The notes beneath the pieces were generated by a model, which searched no databases, was not told the DNA's origin, and saw nothing but the letters and a program-made list of their open reading frames with translations. DNA of 64,000 bases, from contig JBLDXI010000010.1 in the NCBI GenBank assembly GCA_047495785.1, forward strand, positions 2,232,001 through 2,296,000, written 5' to 3'. This DNA is from Lepidodermella squamata (Eukaryota; Animalia; Gastrotricha). Shown one piece after another: positions 1 through 10,896 of the stretch; the stretch's first letter is position 1, and each line of letters starts with the position of its first letter. The position numbers and the translations under genes were made by a program.

Positions 1-37
1 GAAAACTGAGGAATCTCGTGCGCGTGACGGAAATATG

Positions 38-3000
38 TTACCTTGAGTTGCAGGGACGCATCTCTTCCACGAGCCAGAGCGCGAATTGACGCATCGTACA
101 AAACCTGTTACCTATAAACCCAAGATTATGCGTCGATTGCGTCACTGTTAGCAGGCTCACCGGAGGGTCGTAAGTTTCACAAATTACGGAACGAATGAAT
201 CCGTTGGGATCTTCACAATCCATGGGGGCGAGATAGTAATCACTTGGAACATCATCGATTTCAAGCACGTGATTGAATGCAGAGCACTTGCCATTTGGAA
301 ACATTTGGAAAACGCCTGTTGTAACAACAGAAATTCGACTGCTTTTTAACTTGGAGTTTAGAGATTAAAGAGTCTTTATTAACGTCTCTATTTTAAATAA
401 AGCACTTTCGAGTCCTGCCCTGGTATGCCCGTTCCAGCTTATAACCTAGACTACTGAAGTAGCCCGCTGAGAATCAGTTTTACTGCTGTTAGCCAACTGA
501 GAATCGGTTTCACTGATGTTCTTACCTGCGGGTATCCGGAGGCCAGAAGGGAGATTTTCCACTGATGAGCCGTCATGCCACCTTTCACCGTTATCATCAC
601 GGATAATACCGCCCCAAGCCGAGAACCTACCAGTGCCGACCAGGCCGTTCGCGTAAAGAACCGCTCTGACTTGTTCCAACTCGGCTGCGCTTTTTATCGT
701 CGCCACCTGTCCACCACTGGATCTGCACCGCTGTTTCGCTTTACAAAAATTTAGTATGCTCATGAACTCAATATCATAAAATAGAGTAGAGAATTATTAG
801 GGAACACGTGCGTGGACATAATAAAAAACGGGTCCGCGACCCCCAGTTTGAGGAACCCTGACCTGAAGTTTTCTAACTGTGAAAATTATACCCGAGATTT
901 AAAGGTTCTAAGTACCGTACTGCCCGGAAAAACACTCATGACATTTATTTTTTTCAAACGTTGATGAACCCCTGACATTTATAAGGGACTGAAATTTATT
1001 TATCCGAGCCAAAAAGCAAATGCCTATGTAACCAAAATAGCATGCATTTCCGTCCGATTCTACGTATTTTGACCCTAAATATTGGTCCCTGACCTTTCTA
1101 AGTGCCAATAGTAGAAATTACTTCCAACCATAATGGCTGAAAATGACCTCATTAGCGATCTTTCGTATTGTCACCGCCACTGACCTGACATTTATTTTGG
1201 GCCTGACATTTATTTTTACGAACGACCTAAAACCTCTGACATTTATTTCAGGCTGCCATTTATCCGAGGCTGGCAATTTTTTCTAGGCAGTACGGTAGCT
1301 AAGCTTTGGTATCACAATAAGCCTTAAATCTTAAATCCCAATATTCAGGACAGCACTATGGCGTTGGTAAAATTGGGATATTTTATGAAGTCTGTCATGG
1401 GATACTTATTTCGATAAAAAATAAGCTATTTAACCATCCGTAAGTGACTCGATAGCGACGAAATCATCGTTAGCAGCATAGAAGCGTTTCACAGCATTGA
1501 CGCAGTCAGCTTTTGATGCAAATTCACGATTCGGCATTTTATAAAAACCAGCGAAACCACTACCACATCCTGTTAGATACGTAACAATTATAAATCGAGA
1601 ACGAATGCAAAATGTTATACGTTTATACCTGTATCTGTATGAACGCAGGTGACCGTGCCTCCATGTTTGCTGTCGATGCATCGAATATGTTTGACGTCTG
1701 TGTCGAGAGGCTCAGGTATCTAGTAATGAGTGTAGATTTGTAAACCAAAGCACAGCTCAGTATGCCAATCAATATTTCACGATACAACACGTTTTTCTTT
1801 TACATCTGAATTCGAGAAAACGGCAGTAAAACCTATTGTCTCACCTGGTCTCCGAATGTTTCGCAAATGGCAGCTCGGCTGGCGGAAGCGAAGAGGCAAT
1901 CGGCATTTGTCATACCAGAAATGGTGTAAACGCCGCAACCTAATTTCCCAAACGGCGTCAAAGGACTGCCATCTCGCCATTTGCTGAAAGTCATCGGCAC
2001 GCCATCTATCCAGACAAAACGAGCGCCGTTGTGTTTCAGCCCAACCCAACCAGATTCTACATTGTTTGCCTCCATGAATTTCATCATCATTTCATGTTCT
2101 TCCAAGCTTTTGACAGTCGCCAATTGCCCGTTAGCGGCTATGCACTGAAGGTTCGCATCGGTATAACTACCAGTCTTGCCGACTTTGGCAGTTATCAGGA
2201 AATAAGACTTCGTTGCATTGAGGCAATCAGACTGCGTGAGAAAAATACGGTTTCTCGGCATAAGATAACTCAGCGAACCGGACCACCCTAAAACATAGTC
2301 ATTGAAACTAGTTGAGCAAAAGATATCAGATTGCAGAACTGGTGTTTTCATTTGCCAAGTAACAGGTCACGGCTCCAGCTTCGCTCAGGCTAATACATCG
2401 AACGTATCCGATCTAATATGCGCAAAACATCAGTTCGTTAGCTTGCAGTCGTTGGCTTTGTATTCTTACATAATTCAGGCATTTCTCATTGTTCTCTGCT
2501 ATAAATCTTGATGATTGACTTAGGACTGCCATCTACAAAACGGATTTCAGGATTTTTTTCTCAACTATCGCGAGAATTTTCGAACCTCCGTCTCTGATGA
2601 AGAGTCGCACGCATCGGCAGTACATCGGAACGCAGAGCCGTCATTTTTAACGCAATATCGAACAGTCTGTTAAGCAGAAAGAATTTACGGGGAAAATAAA
2701 GTGGATTCCGATGATACCCCAGCCGCACATGCATCAATGGTAGTGAAGACATTGCTGTCGAATTCTCTCTGATGTTCGATAATTGACATTAATTTGGGGT
2801 TCACATACGGCAATCATTAACTTACAAGGCCGGGTGGGCACCCTGGTGTCTTTGGAGCGCAGACGAGATTTCTTCCATCGACCTCAACACAACGAATCAG
2901 TTCAACCTGAAATTTGATATAAAAAACATGCGCAGAGGCCATCCATTTAAAGTTCTATAAAGCTGAACAACCGAAACTTCGCTAGGTTCGAGCGTTGAAA

Positions 3001-6000
3001 AAATACAAATTTCGCAAATTTGGCTAACCAGGCCTGATATAAAGGTTTGCATGGCTACTGAGAGCACGCTATTCATTAAGGTTTGAGCATTAGAACTGAA
3101 AAATCCCAGGTATACGTTTATTGTAACTCACGTTAGCCTTGCAAAGGTCCACGGCCGGGTTGTAGTTGTTTTCGAGCTTCGCGAAATCTTTGAACCATAG
3201 AGCCTTGAAATGTGAAGTCAAATACGACGTAGTGTATAATTAAGATGATATAGCTGTCGTATATCATTAAGCAATTCCTCCCAATAGCCCATTGAGTTAC
3301 CGCATTAGGCAAATCGCCATTGGGTAGGTTTTTAGAGCAATTTGATAAAAGTTGCAATAATTATTACCGATTGCGATAACTCATTGAGCGATAAGCATCA
3401 TATTTTGAACAAGCTTTTTATTAAATCTGACTCGGGAGGTGTTAAATTGCGAAAAAACAGGGGCTCATATTTTTTCCCAGGTCCATTTTACCCCCAAATA
3501 ACTGCACGTTATATACGATATGCCCGAAAATAAGTGAAAAGTGGGGATTGGCGAAAATTTTGACATCGTGAAATTTTGATGCCACTTTGAAGATCAATAA
3601 ACGAGAAGTCGATCGGTATAAAAAATAGGTTGATATTCATCAGGGTTGCAGAGATAATGGGGTTCAAAGTTTAGGAGTGCCAATAGAAATGATGTATCAC
3701 GTTAACCGATGCTGCCATCTTAGACCAATTGGTTGATACGGTTGCTCAATCGGCAATCGGGAGAATCGCTTTATGATATATGAAATAGCCATACAGCGGT
3801 ATAACCCGTTGGGCAGCCGTAATCAACCGATGTCAACTTGTATTCATTTGTGTCCTTGTTGAAGCAACAAACTGCAAACTGAAAAAGTCAGCATGACAGA
3901 CTCGAATTCAATGAATACTTAGAAAAACTAACACCATTGATGCACGCGTCCAAAGTCTGGAAGTAATTGACCGGGGCAGACAAATTTATGGGCTTCAACT
4001 TCAGAAAAAGAAACCGAATGAGTACAAGATCATACTTATATTGAACTAAATATGACTTCTGTTAAAGGATCGCTACAGCCTGGCAATTGTTCGCAGCCAG
4101 TGAATTGCCCCGTATTCTTATCAATGCATCGGGTATATGGCGCTGCAAAAATTCGGTGTATTTCATTAGAAATCATCGTTGGTGCGGCCAAAAGCCCTTT
4201 CTCCATCAAAAATCGAAATTGGGTTTTTTCCGGTTCCTGACTCAGTTTTTCACGCTGGTCAATAATATGAAAACCGCATTTCAAAATTCGCCAGGGATCA
4301 AAACTCCTATCTCCACATTCGTGGATTTTTTCCAGGTCATTCTTTTTCCATCAGAAAAGTGCTATCTCCATAGCATGAGTTCGAATAGGGCACAAAAAGT
4401 GCTATGTGCATCACAAAAAATATTCTATCACGACAAAAAATGGCGATGACCCAGTGCGGTATTCGATGCCAAGTGAAAATAAGTCGGCAAAAATTGGCCG
4501 AAAATGAATGATTTCGCAAGGACTCGAACCACAACCTTAAAAAACACCAACAAAAAATAGAAAAATCCACCAAAATAAGTACTATCTGCAGCGAATGTCC
4601 TTATTGTGCAATAACGATGCGTCACCGCTAAAATGGCCGGCGCCATTCGATCCGCCGGGTTTGATTACCCCCATTTTTCACATCAGTGACATTTTTAGTG
4701 AAAATTTTGGAAATAAAGCTGTTTTTTTCGATTTATCTGGAAATACATTTTTTGGAGATGGGACTTTTAGCCGCACCAACGACGAAATAAGAAATAAGTA
4801 TATTTTACTGCATTCTGGTACTTGGCAGCGGCCGATGCTTTCACTGCTGATGTAGCAGCCAAGGCGTTTGCTGCTAGAGGGGTTGCGGCAAGCAGCACCA
4901 GCAGCTTGTAAACCGCCCCTTGGAAAGAGAAGGGGGTCTTTGGATGGGGTGTTAGCCCAAGGCAAGCACTGCTGATTATCTGTCGTCTTAGCCATGGAGC
5001 CCTCGTAGTCGTAACCAGTACTTGTGAATTTGCATTGCTTGGTAAGCGATGTCGCCTTCTGGCCACCACAAGTCGCGTAAATAGTCATTGAGAACCCGAT
5101 TTCAGGATTTACAGCGCCCGAGTATAACAGCGGGTTGTGGAACAGCCGCACGGTCGCCATTTTGTTGTTAGTCTCGAACAAGCGACCAGCTTTTATGGTG
5201 CTCATGCAGATCCTAAAATGTCATGATTTCATGGAAATTTTTAAATAAATTAACAGCGTACTTGTTAGTTGGACGGGCGAAGCTTTGGGATCTAACCTCC
5301 AGGTAACTCCAACAGCCGTACACTTGAAAATAGGAACCGGTTATAGACAACATATTTTGGGGTTTTTTCAGTTTTCAAACCATCACCGCCAAGATCCGGT
5401 GCGCTGCTGAGGGCGAATATCATGCCATCTCCGGTGGTCGTGACATTCCAAAAACATTCGCCACCATCGTATGTCTTCTTCGGAAATTCTATAGCGGCTA
5501 CACCACATGGACTAACAACAACCGACCCTCCGCAGTCAGGTAAAGTAGAATCAGCTAGACGCTCGCAGAGTTGACCCGCAAATCCGGGCGGGCACAAGCA
5601 CGAGTTGCACGTCCTTGGGTTCATGTACCCGTTGTTCTTACATGCCAAATTTTGCGATGGACACTTCCGAGCTGGAAAAGGCACGAGAAATTATTGGCGT
5701 TTTCCCCAGAAAAATTACCGTATGCTGAAGGACCGAAATATAGTGCAGGGTCAGATTATTTAAACCACATTTTCGCAGCGATCTAAGCCGCCATGCAAGC
5801 ACTTCCTTTTTCTGCGAATGGTCTTTGAAAAAATAAAGGCCATCCCAATTCGGTATTTAGGGCAAGTATGCATTTTAAAAACCAGAGTGCAAAGTACAGG
5901 GGTAAAGGGGTGCATATACCGTACCCCCAGCTCGAAAATATATAGGCTTAACACCTAGGCAACCTCTGGGTAACCATCTTGTCCGATAAATGAGCATTTT

Positions 6001-7446
6001 TTGCAAAGTATTGCTTTTTGCGATTTTTTTTGCACGAGACCTGTGCTTCTAAAAATCCGTCGGTGCCTCACTAAGACCAAATAACACCCGCAGAACTCAA
6101 ATCTGAAGTCAAAATCACCTTATACTCATTCATTCCCGAAGACATCACTGATTATCGCTTATCGATCTCTACAACTAGCTATTTTTGTGATTCGCCTCCC
6201 ATGAGATGCGATATGGTTCAAAGTATTTTTCACTAGATCAGCTTATTTTTAGAGATCACGCTTTCCAAGGGAAAAATCCAAAAAATCTCACTAAAATCTT
6301 TTGTTTACCGATTTTATGAATAGCAGCGCAAATTAGCGCAAATTAGGGAACAAATTTCGGGACGAAATTTGGCGGATTTCAGAAAAAAGGTTCAAGATAT
6401 TTTCAGTAAATTGAGTTAGCAATTCACCTTTGCAATTGTAGTGAAGATTAATTTTTTGAAAGTCGATGAACGATATGAACTGCTTTTGGCCGAGATTGTA
6501 CTGCTCACGAGGATCACGCGTTAAAATCGTCGGTTTGTCGGGCGTGCTTTTCCAGAACCAACTCGGGTGCGTGCTCGACTCGGTGTCGTAGAAAGTGCCG
6601 TAGTCTTCGTCGTTGTTATCGATGGCGAACAACGATGCTGAATCCCTACATCATGCACTTGGCTATGTTGGCACAATTATTAAAATTGAATCAGAGCCTT
6701 ACGCTGGAACGTTTGCATTCTGAACTGTGACAAAGGCTTCTCGGTCTACCCGCACATGCTCATAGTTCTGAAATATATGAAATAGTGTAAAAATGATTAC
6801 ATACCGCAAAATAACTTGCCAATCCCAGGGCCCGGCCTATTGTGGCGGCAATTAGTGGCACCTGGAATTAAAAAAGTGATTACGCGATTAAATCAGGCTG
6901 TTAATCTAAAAACTGTACGTGCTCAGCGCAGAAGCGTCCCATAATGATATTATTCGGCGGCGAAGTCATGCCAACTTTCGCGAAGCAACTGCAAAATTGA
7001 AGGTGAATGAATAAAATTGAGCAAAATTCAGAGATTTCACTCTTGGCCAATTCTGAATATCAAGACGTTTGGCGTTGTCTCATCGAAGTCCGGTGACCAC
7101 GGGTCTGGAAGTGGAGTGAAAGTTATACAGGTAGATTGAGACCAAATGGCCATCGCCGCTTCGATGTTTCCGACGTTCGATGGACCTGCAAACATTAAAT
7201 ATTAAAAAAAATAATGAATAATCGGGTACTAGGAAATTCCGAAGTGTATCGGTTTAGAGAAAAATGAGCGGAAATCTATGCTTTTAATTAGTTTTGTAAG
7301 TTGAGCTCACTCAAATACTTCGTATCAATGATGTATTTCACGGTGGCATTCGGCCACAAGCCAGCATTTTTGGGTATACTGAGTGCTGACCCGATCAGCC
7401 CAAAAGCGACACAACAGATTAAAAGAATAAAATAAAACGCGTTCAT
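38..7446 (-). CDS. Multi-exon secreted mosaic protein: signal peptide, inactive astacin-like domain, EGF, CUB, kringle, Cys-rich repeats, two C-type lectin domains; 3' end beyond the left edge
   Basis: ATG at 7446 with hydrophobic signal, then WPNATVKYII and STCITF (astacin fold). EGF CKNNGYMNPRTCNSCLCPPGFAGQLCE; CUB CGG..CFWNV..GCWSYLEVR; kringle GYDYEG..CLPW..CRNPS; CTLDs (WVGLKHNGARFVWIDG; WGGIIRDDNGERWHDGS). Where checked, exons join in consistent phase from 7446 to the window edge. Confidence 0.75.
830..860. repeat. hAT-like MITE terminus remnant
   Basis: gggtccgcga...gtttgaggaaccctg resembles hAT/Charlie-type ends; no partner end identified. Confidence 0.3.
913..1297. mobile_element. 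Tc1/mariner/pogo-type MITE in an intron
   Basis: TA-CCGTACTGCC ... GGCAGTACGG-TA inverted termini with TA flanks; repeated subterminal motif ctgacatttat. Confidence 0.75.
3260..3782. mobile_element. Degenerate intronic MITE with imperfect TIRs of about 45 bp
   Basis: tatatcattaagcaattcctcccaatagcccattgagttaccg near 3260 matches the reverse complement of about 3738-3782 (tatatcataaagcgattctcccgattgccgattgagcaaccg). Confidence 0.55.
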
Positions 7447-7616
7447 AAGCTCGCCCAATTTTAATCGAACTATACACAAAATAGAAAATGTTTATGATTC
7501 AAATTATATGAATGGAATTTATTTCGGCTGCGCAGGTCTCGTAAAAACGTGTGCCTCACGTGCGACGCTGTTTACGGACGATAACGGACGAGCGTCCAGT
7601 TGAAAAAGAGTTCATT

Positions 7617-7885
7617 TTAACCCTTTCACGGCGGAAAGGACGATTTCGGAATTTCGACTATGAAAATTCGCAGAAAATTAAATTTCACGAATTCTTGATC
7701 GCCCTTTCGAGGAATATTGCTTTAGGGAAACAGAATTTCATGAAACAGAAATTAGGGTGCTCGAAAAATCGACTGAAATCAGCTGGTCGGATAGGACGAC
7801 TTCGGCCAGTTTTTTTACAGACTTAACGGCGATAGATAGAGACGAACGGATTTCAAAATCGTGATCAGGGCCTTCGAAAACCATC
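7617..7885. mobile_element. piggyBac-like non-autonomous element fragment; second copy at about 42050-42205
   Basis: TTAA|CCCTTTCACGGC terminus. The internal segment cttaacggcgatagataga...tcaaaatcgtgatcaggg..ttcgaaaacca recurs at about 42088-42150, with gccgtgaaag at about 42197. Confidence 0.55.
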
Positions 7886-8118
7886 CGAAGAACTTGAAAT
7901 TAGAACAAATTGTCGTTTCAGTGACCTAGTGCCGATCAATCAAATTGGAGGTCTTCGATGTGACAACAGCTGATAACCAAAACTCTGCTGAGAATCCCGG
8001 CGTGCGATTTCCTTCATTGAATTTGTTTCTAGTCGACCGTTTACCCTTGAATTATTGACAATATTTTTTAGTTTTCGTCGCCACCGAATATGGAAGTTAA
8101 TTCTGAATTGAAATGAAT

Positions 8119-8290
8119 TATTCCTACATGCGCATGGTAAAATTTAGCCATTGGGAAATTTAATTTCTCTATGGCTGAATTAAATTTTTTTAAGGCGGAC
8201 TTTTTATTTCAATTTTTTACGCTATTTTCATAGGGGTATGACCCTTTAACACCCCAAAAAGTGGCTCCAGATAGTGCGCATGTAGGAATA
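8119..8290. mobile_element. Small MITE with TA flanks
   Basis: TA-TTCCTACATGCGCA ... TGCGCATGTAGGAA-TA, perfect 14-bp inverted termini. Confidence 0.65.
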
Positions 8291-8859
8291 GCATTACTCT
8301 ATGGCTAGCCATAGAGTATTCCCTTAATCCTTCATAGCTTCGTCTTAACCAGCATTCAGTATTGATCGGTGTTTTACTGTATTTATATCATTGCGGGCTA
8401 TTTTTTCGATGTGACCGATATTATTATGGAAGGCTCGGTGAAGCGGCATTGTCTCTACATAGCTGCTTATTTTTGAAAGAGTTTTTCACGGGGCGATTCA
8501 AAAATTATTCGATTGATGGCACGTGCCGAACGTGAAGTCACGCAAGAAAAGCCGTAGAATAGTAAGCAGGGAATTGTGAATGGAAATTTTCAAAATTTTG
8601 AGTTTTCGACGGCTGCAAATTCAGTTTTCGGAACCAGTTTTATGACTAAATTAAACGAAAAATTCTGAATCTCCCCATTTTTGCCCCGAAAATCGCGGTG
8701 GATGCTTCGGAAAATAAAATTGTCCACGGTTCTGCCATACTTCTTTGTATGTTGTATAGGGTCCAAAGTTCGATTTTTATTTTCTCAGGAAAAGGCTAGA
8801 TCGTGATTTTAGTATATTTTTTATTTTCGTGCTATTAAAAACTATTCTCCGAAATAATC

Positions 8860-9543
8860 ATGCCTAGAGGCAGGCCATCGAACGCTGCGGCCAAGGAAGA
8901 AGCTGGGTTTTTCACGGCCCGGATTCCTTACTTCATCCAATACCCACTAGCCATCGGCTTCATTGCCGTAGCCTACCAATGGGTCGATAATCAAGACTTC
9001 AAGTTCGCGGGGACTGACAAACTCGAAGCGAGAATCGGTTTAACCCTGCGTTGTCTCGCCGTCTCTGTTACAACGCTAGTCTTCGCCATTTTGACGGTTG
9101 CTATCGGGCGTTTCACCTCGCCGGCTGTCGACCCTGGGTCTGGAAATGAGGAACAAGTAGCCTTGAGCCAGCGAATTCTCGCCAATACCTTCGAACAATT
9201 TGTAATTCATGCTGTTACGTTACTGTCCCTGGCCACCTATCTCAACGAATCCACTTCAAAGTAAGCCTTAGTTTCAAAATCACCTTGAATTACGTGGAAT
9301 ATTTTTTGTTCTTAATTAATCTATCTTTTCAGGTTCATTCCTTTGCTGTCTTTCATCTTCGTGCTGGGCCGCGTTTGTTTCTTCATCGGCTACCGCTTGC
9401 ATCCGAAGGCCCGCGCTCTCGGCTTCGCTCTTACTCTGTTGCCAACACTGCTCGCCCTCGGTTGCGTATTGGCACATGTTATCAACGCCGGACTCGCTGG
9501 ACTGGCCGATTTCAGCAGCAAACCTACAGGAAATGCTCATTAA
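8860..9543 (+). CDS. MAPEG-family (TMEM79-like) membrane protein, copy 1; exons 8860-9260, 9333-9543
   Basis: Hydrophobic helices with RILANTFEQF and FVLGRVCFFIGY..RALGF motifs; phase-2 GT-AG intron joins the two ORFs. Confidence 0.8.
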
Positions 9544-10187
9544 CTGATCATGAGACGAAAAGTTGATAATCTAGCTTGAGATGAATGAATGATGATGATC
9601 ACAATGATCGAAGTAATAAAAATCAGTAATGGGACAGAAAATTGCCGTATCTTTAATATTATTACGTCAGTCAAAGTGTCCAGATATTTCTCCATACTGT
9701 GTCATACAATTCAGAAAGTTTGGGACCCGCTGTCCTGTATAGATAAGGCGTAATACATGATTTAATACATCACTCTCAACATTTGTTGAACTGTATTTTT
9801 CTGCGCTTCTCAGAAAAAACATTCCTGTGTTTAGCCTCATATATGGGCGAGTGATTGTTATCGCCGACTCAGTATGAACCACGGCAGTTGACAGAAGCGG
9901 CCTGTGTTTACACGCATTTTTTGCCCTTACTGTATGTTATATAATAGCATATATATGTTTATTCAAAGGGTATTCCAACGTAAAGTAGAGCAGTATTACG
10001 TTAGAACAACGGGCCAAGCTTGAATATAATTCATATTGCTCTCTGCGAATCGGTTCTCATCGATACTCGATCAGCCTCTGAATTTTGGATAGTGCATTAC
10101 TTTGGTCCTATTAAGTTTCAAAGAAATGAATTTGAATCATGATTCTGAAGCTATTTTAGATTTTATTACTAAATTAACGTGGAAATA

Positions 10188-10896
10188 ATGTCGAATGAAG
10201 GATCTAGAAAAGAGCCAGAAGTTGGATTTTTCGCATATCGCCTGCCACTGCTCATCCAAATCGGCACTGCCATTGCCATAATTGCCGTCGGGCTTCAAGT
10301 GGTCGATGGCCTCGATCTTAAATTTCACGGAGCTGACAAGCTGGAAACTAGAATTGGCCTTGCCCTGCGATGCCTAGCCTTTTCGATAACGCCAGTTTTC
10401 TACGCTGCGGCAACTGTGTCTAATGGGAGATTTTCATCGGCAGCCGTTGATCCCGCATCAGGAAACGAAGCAATTATTGCGTTGGACCAGCGCATTCTTG
10501 TGAACACCGTCGAACAATTTGTCATGCATGCATCTGTCCTACTGTCATTCTGCACTATCCTCAACGAGACAACTGCCAAGTAATGTTTTAAAAGAACTCT
10601 AGATGTTGATACTCTGATCGATTCAATTTTGTATATTTTAAATTAGGAGAGATTATTTTAACAATATCTTCTGTGTTTATTTTTACAGATTCATCCCATT
10701 CCTGTCGTTGCTGTTCGTAGTTGGTCGGATTACATTCATTATTGGCTACAAAATAAGCCCAAGAGGTCGAAGCCTGGGCTTTGTTCTCACCCAACTGCCC
10801 ACCCTGCTTACGCTCATCTGCGTCCTGGCGCATCTGTTCAAGGGCGGAGTGGCTGGAATGACGGAATTCAGCAAACCAGCAGGAAAAACTGCCTAA
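10188..10896 (+). CDS. MAPEG-family (TMEM79-like) membrane protein, copy 2; exons 10188-10579, 10689-10896
   Basis: Paralog of copy 1 (RILVNTVEQF, FVVGRITFIIGY..RSLGF) with the same intron position. Confidence 0.8.
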
